This document shows positions 54,835 to 64,000 of a stretch of 64,000 nt of DNA, in pieces. The DNA is taken from positions 35,774,001 to 35,838,000 of the forward strand of contig NC_043010.1 of NCBI RefSeq assembly GCF_006345805.1. Direction: 5' to 3'. Source of the stretch: Octopus sinensis (Eukaryota). The notes below the pieces were generated by a model, which worked only from the letters and a program-made list of their open reading frames with translations, ran no database searches and was not told the origin of the DNA. Position numbers and translations under genes: made by a program. Every line of letters begins with the position of its first letter. Positions within the stretch are counted from its first letter, which is position 1.

Positions 54835-55509
54835 AGGAATTGTAATATTTGTACGATTACATTGGTCCCCAGCTAGAACGTTTTCCATGTGTACAGGAGA
54901 TGTGGGTTCAAATCTCCCCCGTTGCTTTCATTAATTTTTTTTTGTTTTTCTATTCAAAGGGTTTTTAATCCAATATTTGCTCATATTTATTGTTTTATTT
55001 GCTTCGAGTTTCACCGCTCAAAAAAAAAAAAAAAAAATTCACGTTCTCTCGAAATTTCTAATTTTCTTACAATATTTATATAATTGTTTTATTACTATAC
55101 TCGTACCTTCTAATCCATTGCAATACTTCTACCCACGTGATCTGTCGAATATTCCACTTTGTCATCTTTAAAAATGATTACATTGCATTGGGCTGAACAA
55201 CAAGGACAATATTTGTCAGGTGACTTTAACCATTGCTGCTTTATCTGTATTCTTTTCCTTCAATGCTGAGATTTTCATTGTTGTCGTGGTCGTCGTTGCC
55301 GTTGTTGTTGTTGTTGTAGTTTGCTGTCCGCATTCTGGGTGTTATTGTTCTTGTTGATTTTTTTCTTTTCGTCTTTCTTCGTGTTGTTGTTGTTACTGTT
55401 GTCTGGCGGCTGGAATGATAATGACAGGCCTTTGAAGCAAGTTGTACAACTGGATAAATATCTCCTTTTCTTCGTTTTTATGAAGATGATGATGATGATG
55501 ATGATGGTG

Positions 55510-55544
<35 letters not shown>

Positions 55545-55819
55545 CAATTCTTTTTTATTGGCCACAAGGGCTGACACGCATGATTACATAAAGGGACAAG
55601 ACAGGACGAAAGGTTACAAAGGGTTTTGTCCGTTTGTTAAAAAATCCGTGTAAAAATACATTAACAATAATTATAATAAAACAATGAAAACTCCCAAAAG
55701 GGGGAGACGTTTCGAAAGGTTCCTGGTGGAAAAACCCTACAAAAGCCAACGGGAGCCTGGTCAAAAAAAGGGGTGTAGAGAGTCCCCTTTTTTTCTCCTT
55801 TTGTATTACCTTTTTGAAA

Positions 55820-56830
55820 TCACAGGCGAAACCTGAGAACTGGTCCATTTATACAGGCCAGTCTCGCACAATTCACCCACCTTTCATAAAACTTGCTATC
55901 GGACAGCACTTTCCTCTCTAACCTCATTTTCCTTTTCAAGTGAAACTTGAAAAAGTTGATGAGGCCTTGACCAAAGAGGAAAGTGTCTGACTTTAGCCCT
56001 TTCAAACGAGTCCACCACACCACCTCTTTCGCCACAGCCACTAGGCACAAGAAAACGGCCTCGCCCTCCTTGTTAAAGGAGGTCGGTGGGGCAATCTTCA
56101 CTATGGATTCGGCCGATAGTCGGATCCGTCCTACACGTGACAGTAGCTGTTCGACATAAACCCATATTTCAGCAATACTCGGGCACTGGACGAGTGCGTG
56201 CAGGACGGTTTCGTCGTCCTGGCAACACCTCGGGCAGGCCCGGCTGACGGCACTTCCGTGCCGGTAGAGTTTATCTCGAACAGGCAGAGCCCCTCGGTAG
56301 CACTGCCAGGCGAGAGACCTCTGGAAATTATCCATCGGCCCCGGCCCGAAAGTCCTCCCGAACAGACCGCACAGTTCGTCATCTTCAACGCCTAGAGTTT
56401 CCCCGAGAACGTCGTCGCATTTTTCCTCCACTAACCCTCTATAGAACGCTAGAGTGGAGCTGTAACCGATCGCATTGCCCGCCTGACGGAGGGCGGAGAG
56501 GGCTTGACGGCACTCGAGGTGCCAAGCGCCCTTTCTCGGTCTACGTTTGATCCAGGTCTGCAGCTCCGTCAAAGAGACGAGCTGCGGAAAATCGCGTCTG
56601 ACAAAAGACGACCACACCTGTTCACCGTCTAGGAAGCGCTTGAGATGCCGCAGCCTGAGCGCATGTCCGCGCAACAGCAACCACGGCATTCCAAGGCCTC
56701 CGTTCAGCGGTCGTTGACAGCAGATGGATCGCCTGACCAGTGGCACCTGACCCTTCCACAAAAAGTCGAAGAGCAGGCGTACCAGCTTGGCCAACCAGCG
56801 GTCGGGACAAGGGACGACGGTCAAGCGACG
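55820..56830 (-). CDS. Tx1 ORF2 C-terminal part (after frameshift), with CCHC zinc finger
   Basis: FLWKG, GGLGMP, CPRCCQDDETVLHALVQC. Confidence 0.88.
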   Translation of the reverse strand, partial: RRLTVVPCPDRWLAKLVRLLFDFLWKGQVPLVRRSICCQRPLNGGLGMPWLLLRGHALRLRHLKRFLDGEQVWSSFVRRDFPQLVSLTELQTWIKRRPRKGAWHLECRQALSALRQAGNAIGYSSTLAFYRGLVEEKCDDVLGETLGVEDDELCGLFGRTFGPGPMDNFQRSLAWQCYRGALPVRDKLYRHGSAVSRACPRCCQDDETVLHALVQCPSIAEIWVYVEQLLSRVGRIRLSAESIVKIAPPTSFNKEGEAVFLCLVAVAKEVVWWTRLKGLKSDTFLFGQGLINFFKFHLKRKMRLERKVLSDSKFYERWVNCARLACINGPVLRFRL

Positions 56831-59247
56831 ACGGATGCGATGTACGCATTCGCCACCTCCGCTCGACCTTTCAGGGACAGCTTCCTCTCGGCCCATTTCT
56901 GGGTGAGACGTGCCACCCTGCTCGTCACCTCTTCCCAGTTCTTATCCACCTGGAGGTCCGGACCGAACCAGACCCCGAGCAGTTTAACGGGTCCGTCTGT
57001 CCAGCGCCCTACGACGCTGTTGGACGGCATGGGCTTGCCTCTCCAGGTGCCCAGTTGCAAGCCCACAGACTTTTCCGCGTTAATCTTTGCCCCTGTCACC
57101 GCTTCGTACTGGTTTAGCGTCTCGCCAATCAGGCCAATGTGCCTGTGACTCGACACCACCACGGTGACGTCGTCGGCATAAGCAGACACGCTGTTTCCTC
57201 CTCCTAGATCGCGCGGGATACCCCTCAAAGCCTCCAACTTGCGCAGTAATGGCTCGAGAGTCAAAATGTACAAGAGGGAGGAGAGAGGGCATCCTTGGCG
57301 GACCGAACGCGAGATGTCGAACGGTTCCGAAAGGTGACCGTTCACCCGTATCACCGAGCAGATGTTGCTGTATAAAGCAGCGATCCACCCGCGGAAGACT
57401 GGACCGAAGCCGGCTGCCCTGAGGACAGCTGCCAGGTACCGATGGTCGACCCTATCGAAGGCTTTACTCTGATCCAAGTTGATCAAAGCCCCACCCGCGC
57501 CAGCGTCGTTACCCACCCTCTCTACGATGTAGCGCATGAGATGGAGGTTGTCGTGTATCGACCTGGTCGGCACGGCGCATGTCTGCGTCTTGCCGACCAG
57601 CTTGTCCACGACAAGCGCCAATCTCTTGGCTAGCACCTTGGCCAAAATCTTCAACTCTGCATTGAGCAGAGTGATGGGCCGGAAATTTCCTATAACGTCC
57701 CCCTTGTTTGGGTCCTTCTTTAGCAAAGCCACCACCCCTCGACAGACAAAAGCAGGAATTCTCCCGTTTTGCTGCCAGTTGCAGTAGACGTTTGCCAACA
57801 GGTCCGCAAACAAGTCTGGCATTGAAAAGTAAAGCTCGTAGGGCAGACCATCCAAACCCGGCGATCTACCTCTCGTGCAACTCTTCATCGCTTCCTGTAC
57901 TTCCCAGGCAGATATCGGTCCTTCGCAGCACTCTGCCTCGCTGTCCGAGAGTTGCGGCAGGCCGTCCAGGTACACACCGAAGTCTGTACCGTTGGTGTCC
58001 GTTCCACCGCTCGTCCCAAACAGTTGAGCAAAGTGCCGCTGAAGCACCGTACACATCTGCTTCGGTTCGGTAACCTCGCGCCCGTTCTGGTCCACCAAAG
58101 ACCGAATGGTTGCTCTGTTGCCTCGCTTCGCCTCCGCCACGCGGGCCCATCGAGCGGCTCTAGTCCCCTCCCCGCTTAGCGAACGTGCCTTAGCTCTGAC
58201 AACGCAGCCTTCGTGTTTGGCGTCGAAGTGTTGGTCGAGGGCCAACCTTGCCGCCAACACGTCGGTCGCGATGCCAGTGTCAAGAGCCTCGTCTAGTTTC
58301 TTAACTAAATCCCGCTCTCTCTTCCTACGTTCAATAGCTAGAGTCTTACTATACCTAATCGACTCTACTCTAATTGCTCTCTTGAGGGCAAACCACCAGT
58401 TGTTGTTGATGATTGTCCCCGTGAGCGCCCGCTTAACTAGTAAACTAATCCGGTCTCTGTAAGCTTTGCACGCCGTTAATGACGCGTTCAGCTTCCAGTA
58501 GCCGGGTCCCTGTCTATGTAGCCTATCTAAGTCGACCGTACAGATCACTAATTTGTGGTCCGTATATTCGACTAGGTGGAATTGTGGACACCCTACGCTG
58601 TCCTTATCCGCTGGCCTACAAAACACTCTATCTAAGTACGATCTAGACGACCCGATGCGGTTTGTCCAAGTCCACATTGGCACATTCGGGTTGTCTAGTC
58701 GAAACCTGTCGGACAGCTGAAAGCGGCCGAGTAGGTTGGCGAGGCTCTTGCACCCTCCCCCTCTCCTATCAGACGCTCCCCTGCCCACCCGATCGAAACG
58801 TTCGTCTAAGACAGCGTTCCAATCCCCAACTAGCACTAGAGTGCGTGACGTTCCCAGGAAAACTTCCAGACGTTTGAAATAATCCGACTGCCCTGCTCTT
58901 GTTGGAGCGTAGGCAGCCAGCAGTCTGAAAGCACCGCCGTCACTACCGTCCACGTCGAGGACCACCAACATACCTTCCGGATCCAAGAAGACTGTCCTTA
59001 TTTTCAGGTCCAGGCCCTTCCGAAACAACACCGCAGTACCACCACCGCCCGCTCCCGGCCGACACGGAGATAGAAATATCTCGTATCCGCCGAAAAGGGC
59101 TGCGAGTCCCTGCGGGTCGGAGAGCCTGGTTTCACTGATGGCTGCTACATCCACATCATGAAACCTCAGGTCGTTTAACAGGTGACCCTGTTTCCAAGGT
59201 GACCCGAGGCCTCTCACATTCAAGCAACCGATTCTAAGATTTGCCAT
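56821..59247 (-). CDS. Tx1 ORF2: APE endonuclease and reverse transcriptase
   Basis: APE motifs LNVRGL, SETR, GDWNA, YLDRVF, TDHK; RT motifs SPGLDGL, FRPITLLN, DQSKAFDRVDH, RQGCPLS, YADD. Confidence 0.96.
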   Translation of the reverse strand: MANLRIGCLNVRGLGSPWKQGHLLNDLRFHDVDVAAISETRLSDPQGLAALFGGYEIFLSPCRPGAGGGGTAVLFRKGLDLKIRTVFLDPEGMLVVLDVDGSDGGAFRLLAAYAPTRAGQSDYFKRLEVFLGTSRTLVLVGDWNAVLDERFDRVGRGASDRRGGGCKSLANLLGRFQLSDRFRLDNPNVPMWTWTNRIGSSRSYLDRVFCRPADKDSVGCPQFHLVEYTDHKLVICTVDLDRLHRQGPGYWKLNASLTACKAYRDRISLLVKRALTGTIINNNWWFALKRAIRVESIRYSKTLAIERRKRERDLVKKLDEALDTGIATDVLAARLALDQHFDAKHEGCVVRAKARSLSGEGTRAARWARVAEAKRGNRATIRSLVDQNGREVTEPKQMCTVLQRHFAQLFGTSGGTDTNGTDFGVYLDGLPQLSDSEAECCEGPISAWEVQEAMKSCTRGRSPGLDGLPYELYFSMPDLFADLLANVYCNWQQNGRIPAFVCRGVVALLKKDPNKGDVIGNFRPITLLNAELKILAKVLAKRLALVVDKLVGKTQTCAVPTRSIHDNLHLMRYIVERVGNDAGAGGALINLDQSKAFDRVDHRYLAAVLRAAGFGPVFRGWIAALYSNICSVIRVNGHLSEPFDISRSVRQGCPLSSLLYILTLEPLLRKLEALRGIPRDLGGGNSVSAYADDVTVVVSSHRHIGLIGETLNQYEAVTGAKINAEKSVGLQLGTWRGKPMPSNSVVGRWTDGPVKLLGVWFGPDLQVDKNWEEVTSRVARLTQKWAERKLSLKGRAEVANAYIASVVA

Positions 59248-59682
59248 GTCTCAAAAGTAGGGGGAAAAAAGGAGAAAAAAGGCTCTACTTACTGTTGTTG
59301 GTGGTGGGGGTGGCTCCCTTGTGCTTTTGCACGGGTGCTTCCACAATGTTTTTATAAAGTTTCTTCGAGAAACTTTTCCCTAGCGATCCCACATCGTTAG
59401 GGAATATTTGTTTGATTTCATCATATGTTTTTGCATTTATTTTTATTGTGAGAATGTGTGCTGGTGGGTGGTGTTTGTGTTGGTATGATGAAATCGGTTA
59501 TATTTGTACTAGTTTTGTTTTTTAAGTACTCCACTAGTTTTTGGTTCTTTGTGTTTATTGATGTAATTGTGTCTGTGTGTGTTTGTGTGTGTGGCAGTGG
59601 CAGTAGTGGTGTCGAAAGTGTTGTTGTTGTTGTTGTTGTGAGTGTGTGTTGTTGTTGTTGTTGTTGTTGATGTTGGGAAGCA

Positions 59683-61089
59683 CTATTTGTTCGTGCTTCC
59701 CCTGTAAATCTTTTTGTTTTTTCCTCCTTTTCTCTTTGGAGGCACTATACTCCATTCTCCTTTGTTGGAATCAGAGCTCGCACAATCCGACTCTTCATCC
59801 GGCAAAGGAATGGTTGAGGGGTCTGCTTCAGTAGCAGGACGAAAGGTTTTTGGTTCCGCCGGTATCGGTGGTGCCGCTGCTCCTGTTGCTGTTGATGTTG
59901 CTGCAGTTGATTTTCGAGGTACTGGTGTCGGTGTTGGTTTGGTGGTGGTTGTTGTTGTTCGTCTTGGTGCTGGCGTTGGTGATGGTGTTGGTGGTGTGGC
60001 AGCCTTTGGTGTTTCTTGCTGTTTTTGTTGTTTCTGTTGTTGTGGCTTGTGTTGTTGTTGTTGTTGCTGCTGCCTCTTGCTGAAAGCCTCCATCCTCTTT
60101 TTGTGAATGGGACAGTCCCTCTTTAAGTGGCTTTCGCTGCTGCAGAGGAAACATTTTGGCTTTCGCCCCTCCACAGCAACGTTTAGCCTGGTGCCGTCCG
60201 GCAAACTTACGAAATCAGGGACTTTACTGATATTCTCTTGCTGAATTTGCGCAAGAAGCAGCACTCCCATCCCCAACCAGTTTTTCGCCCTCACTCTCCT
60301 GACATCTAGAATGGTGGTAGTGTCCTCTATATCATAGAGGACAGCTTCCACCAGCCATGACATATCTAGCTCAGGGGGGGCGAGGTCGATTTTTATTTTT
60401 GTTACTCTTCGCCCGAGGTGGGTCGGAACTAGTAACAAATTCTCAGTTTGCAAGGGCGAAATGGCGTTCGCCCTTGCAAGCTCCTCTGTTGGGAAGCGAA
60501 CCTCCACGGTTCCAAAACGCTTCCCCTTGGTTACGTAGCTATTTTGGGCCCAAATGGGCTTTAGAGCTATCTCCAACTGTTGGGGTGTGGCATTTGTCAT
60601 TCTTTTTAGTTTTCTGTCGAAAACTTTGTATATTATTGTTTTCTTGTTGGTGCTTTCAATCACCTCTTGTGGAGTATTGAGGAAGATGCCATTGCCATCC
60701 TTCCTCAACAACTCCTTCGCTCTTTTCACATCTTCTAGAGTTATCTTAACTTCCTCCGAAATTTGCTTCGCAGCAGAAGCAAAATTGTTGGAAGTTTTTT
60801 CTTTTTTCTCCGTGTCAATGTTTGTAATGATTTTTGTAATTGTTTTTCCTTCCTCCTCCTTCCGTACCAAAGCATTGGGTGAAGGCAGAGGGGGAAAATC
60901 GAGAATTACGTCGAACGCGACGTCCTGGCTTGCATTCTCCTTTTGAACGGAGCGCGTGCTCTCCGGTTCGGAAGGAGGATCTTTGTTGCCTTTTAAGGCG
61001 TGAAGTGGGTGTTTTGGACGAATTGTGTGTGTTTGCGGAGGGAATGTATCTTGAAGGAAGGAACAGCCAACTGTTCGCTTCATAGCCAT
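59683..61089 (-). CDS. Tx1 ORF1: nucleic-acid-binding protein with zinc knuckle
   Basis: 468 aa; CFLCSSESHLKRDC (CX2CX4HX4C); Q/T/P-rich tail; lies upstream of ORF2. Confidence 0.9.
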   Translation of the reverse strand: MAMKRTVGCSFLQDTFPPQTHTIRPKHPLHALKGNKDPPSEPESTRSVQKENASQDVAFDVILDFPPLPSPNALVRKEEEGKTITKIITNIDTEKKEKTSNNFASAAKQISEEVKITLEDVKRAKELLRKDGNGIFLNTPQEVIESTNKKTIIYKVFDRKLKRMTNATPQQLEIALKPIWAQNSYVTKGKRFGTVEVRFPTEELARANAISPLQTENLLLVPTHLGRRVTKIKIDLAPPELDMSWLVEAVLYDIEDTTTILDVRRVRAKNWLGMGVLLLAQIQQENISKVPDFVSLPDGTRLNVAVEGRKPKCFLCSSESHLKRDCPIHKKRMEAFSKRQQQQQQQHKPQQQKQQKQQETPKAATPPTPSPTPAPRRTTTTTTKPTPTPVPRKSTAATSTATGAAAPPIPAEPKTFRPATEADPSTIPLPDEESDCASSDSNKGEWSIVPPKRKGGKNKKIYRGSTNK

Positions 61090-61315
61090 GTTTTTTTTGT
61101 AATATTCAAAAAGTTTAAAATGTCAAATTTTCAAAGTTTCAAAACGTAATTTCACCCCGAATGGGCAAAATTTCGCCCAACCGACGAGCTCCGCAAGAAG
61201 CCGGTCGGTTTGGCTACAAAAATATTAAAAAATATTCAAACTTATCAATAGATTTCCAGTGAAATTGGTGTCAAATTCACGGAGCTTTTTCAGACACGTC
61301 CATCGGCGTCGGAAG

Positions 61316-61366
<51 letters not shown>

Positions 61367-61368
<2 letters not shown>

Positions 61369-61496
61369 CATCCTACGCAAAACACTTTCAATACAGTAAC
61401 CATAAGAGCATCAAACACAATCATAGCACATACCCAAAGCACAAAGAGCTGTGCTCGGTAGTGAAGTGAACGCACGTTATAAAAATAAAACTACTG
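61367..61496 (+). mobile_element. R4/Dong-type family 2, extreme 3' fragment within (AAT)n
   Basis: HILRKTLSIQ* plus UTR; matches 63638-63767. Confidence 0.8.
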
Positions 61497-61508
61497 AATA
61501 ATAATAAT

Positions 61509-62074
61509 CCATTCTTTTATTAGCTACAAGGACTCACATACAATAACATTAAAGGACATGCAACAAGATAAAGACAAAACCGGGACCATACAATGGGTTT
61601 TCCGCGTGCCGATAATATAAAAAACAATTAAAATTGAACAGATTAAAACTCCCAATAGGGGAGGCGCTTTAAGGTCCTCGTGGAAAACTCTACAAAAGTC
61701 ACGGGCGCCTGATCAACAGGGCAAGAGCCCTTCTCCTTTAGTTCCCTTTTTTTTTACAGGTGCACGCTCACACTGGCCATTCTTCCAACATTCGCCCACC
61801 TTTCAACAAACTTGCTACAAGGCAACCATTCCCTCTTATTAAACTTCCTTTTCAAGTAAAACTTGAAAAAGTTGATGAGGGCTTGGCCAAAGAGAAAAGT
61901 GTCTACCTTTAGCCCTTTCAAACGGGTCCACCATACTACCTCTTTCGCTACAGCCACTAGAAAAATAAAAATTGCCTGCTCCTCCCAGCTAAAAGAGGGC
62001 GGCAGGGCAATCCTCACAATAGATTCTGCTGATAGCCAGATCCGCCCTACGCGCAACAGCAGGTGTTCGGCATA
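61509..62074 (-). mobile_element. Second, diverged 5'-truncated Tx1 copy ending at (ATT)n
   Basis: YAEHLLLRVGRIWLSAESIV..AVAKEVVWWTRLKGLK matches the ORF2 C-terminus; homologous 3' UTR. Confidence 0.9.
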
Positions 62075-62295
62075 TATCTTTTCTATTATAGGTACAAAGC
62101 TTGAAATTTTGGTGGGGAGAGGTTCCAGTCGATTAGATTGATCCCAGTGTTTCACTGGTACTTAATTTATCGACCCCGAAAGGATAAAAGGCAAAGTCGA
62201 CCTCGGCGGAATTTGAACTGAGAACATAGCACCGGGCGAAATGCTGCTAAGCATTTCGTCTGGCGTGCAAACGATTCTGCCAGATCACTGCCTTA
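62075..62295 (-). mobile_element. SINE family D (tail B) fused directly to the 5' truncation point of the Tx1 copy
   Basis: Minus strand reads ..TATAATAGAAAAGATA|TATGCCGAACACCTG.. Confidence 0.85.
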
Positions 62296-62396
62296 ACAAA
62301 AACAACAACAACAACAACAACAACAATGATAATAAATTCTTTTAATAATAGTAATAATAATTAATTCCCTTCTTTTTATAGGTGCACGCTCAGAAT

Positions 62397-62446
<50 letters not shown>

Positions 62447-62490
62447 TAATAATAATAATAATAATAATAATGATAATAATAATAATAATA

Positions 62491-63764
62491 AAATTTCTGA
62501 CAACAGAAAATGATGACCGTCAAAACAAAGGGCCGGACGTTGTTCCTCCTGTCCCGCAAATAAAACCAAAAAGGCATAAATGGACACGTGAGGAATATAT
62601 TTCAATCCTACACGCTTACTTTACAGCAGTGCTCTACCCAAAGAACGAAAACACAATAACATATACATATAAAATATGGAAGAAAAATAACATAAATAAA
62701 GACTTGGATACAGCAATGAACCCTAATAAACTAGCTAACATACGAAGATATATTCTCAACGCAAAAAAAATCACAAATAGAAATAGAACATTTAAAAGAA
62801 AATATACATCAGGAAAATGTAGATAGAAGCCACACAACAATGCCAAATAATATAAACACTGAGATAGTAAAACACGAAGACAAACGTAACATTTCCAACA
62901 AAAACGAAGTAAACAAAAACCAACAAACCCAGACCATACGTAAAGCAGCAAACCAAAACACGACGGACAAACACACGCATGAGAAAGAAAGCGACACAAA
63001 TCTAAAACCTGGAAACAACGAATGATTATGATACTATAAGAAGTAGAATAATCAAAGAACTGAAAACCACCGACCACACCTCCCAAAAATCAAAATAGAC
63101 AAAAAAACAACATCAATAATAAATAACATAAACCTAGCCGTCACGGAACTAATAGCCACTGAAACAAATAGCAATATCACTGAGCTAAATGACATAGTAT
63201 ATGCAGCAGCCACTGCAGCCACAAAAGAAGCTTGATACTCACTCAAACCCATCCAAACAGAAGTAACACCACCCAAACAAACCCTGTGGATAAATAACAA
63301 AAAAAATTTAAAAAATGAGAAAAAATCTGTCGATTCTTAACGAAATTAGTAGACAATCAACGCTACTAAGCAACAAAAAGAAAACAAAAATACTGTGCAA
63401 ATACAACATCACAGAAAAAGATTTACCTGAGATAAAAGAAAAGCTAAAGCAAGATATCCTTGCTAAAGCACAAAGGATCCGCCGGTATGAGAAACTCCAG
63501 CGTTTCTTTAAACAGAACAAACAGTTCAACTCCAACCCCAAAAAGTTCTGATGAAAAAATATTCAGACAAATACATAACAAAAACACCAAGACTTACAAA
63601 CACATAACATACAGAAAATTGCACTACTAGGCACTGCCCACATCCTACGCAAAAGACTTTCAATACAGTAACCATCAGAATATCACAACAAAACACAGCA
63701 CATACCCAAGGCACACAGTGCTGCGCTCGGTGGTGAAGTGAAAGCACGATATAAAAAAAACCCA

Positions 63765-63767
<3 letters not shown>
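62491..63767 (+). mobile_element. R4/Dong-type family 2, internally deleted copy within (AAT)n
   Basis: N-terminal RHKWTREEYISILHAYF and AKAQRIRRYEK..KQFNSNPKKF joined near 63550 to C-terminal IQKIALLGTAHILRK; (AAT)n on both sides. Confidence 0.8.
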
Positions 63768-63811
<44 letters not shown>

Positions 63812-63831
63812 TGATGATGATGATGATGATG

Positions 63832-63864
<33 letters not shown>

Positions 63865-64000
63865 TAATAATAATAATAACTACCCTGATGCAGTACCAGA
63901 CAGTGGCTCTCATGGCTTCTGATCTTAACTGATTGGTAGTGTTATCATGTACATTGTTTTGTCTTGGTATAAAAGATGGGCTACAACAAATATTCTGCTC

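Larger units (their letters stand above)
55545..61316 (-). mobile_element. Near full-length Tx1/L1-clade non-LTR retrotransposon (about 5.8 kb) within (ATT)n
   Basis: 5' UTR, ORF1, ORF2 and 3' UTR with AATAAA; plus-strand (AAT)n tracts directly abut both ends (55510-55544, 61317-61366). Confidence 0.93.

Noticed and set aside
56198-61085. Plus-strand ORFs overlapping the Tx1 element
   Set aside because: Antisense shadows of GC-rich ORF1/ORF2

Overview
AT-rich, microsatellite-dense animal genomic DNA. The SINE families and repeat landscape suggest an octopus or other cephalopod (inference). One host gene is visible on the minus strand: the 3' half of a divergent Rab small GTPase, with internal exons at 28418-28495, 21480-21587 and 19776-19895, all phase-0 GT-AG. 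It has two candidate alternative last exons (15377-15490, ending KCAC*; 9736-9834, ending ICNC*), each with its own CXC prenylation motif. The G1-G3 exons were not found; they may lie in the N gap or outside the window. The rest is mostly transposons. These include a near-intact 5.8-kb Tx1/L1-clade retrotransposon inside an (ATT)n tract, sister Tx1 copies inside (TATC)n tracts, and R4/Dong-type elements in (AAT)n on the opposite strand. There are also mariner, maT and rosa transposase remnants, MITEs (one carrying TTAGGG repeats), RTE and CR1 remnants, several modular tRNA-derived SINE families and two minisatellites. The most notable observations are the Rab alternative C-termini and a microsatellite-associated Tx1 family with a SINE that shares its 3' end, including one direct SINE-LINE fusion. 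Most ORFs in the supplied track are microsatellite translations.
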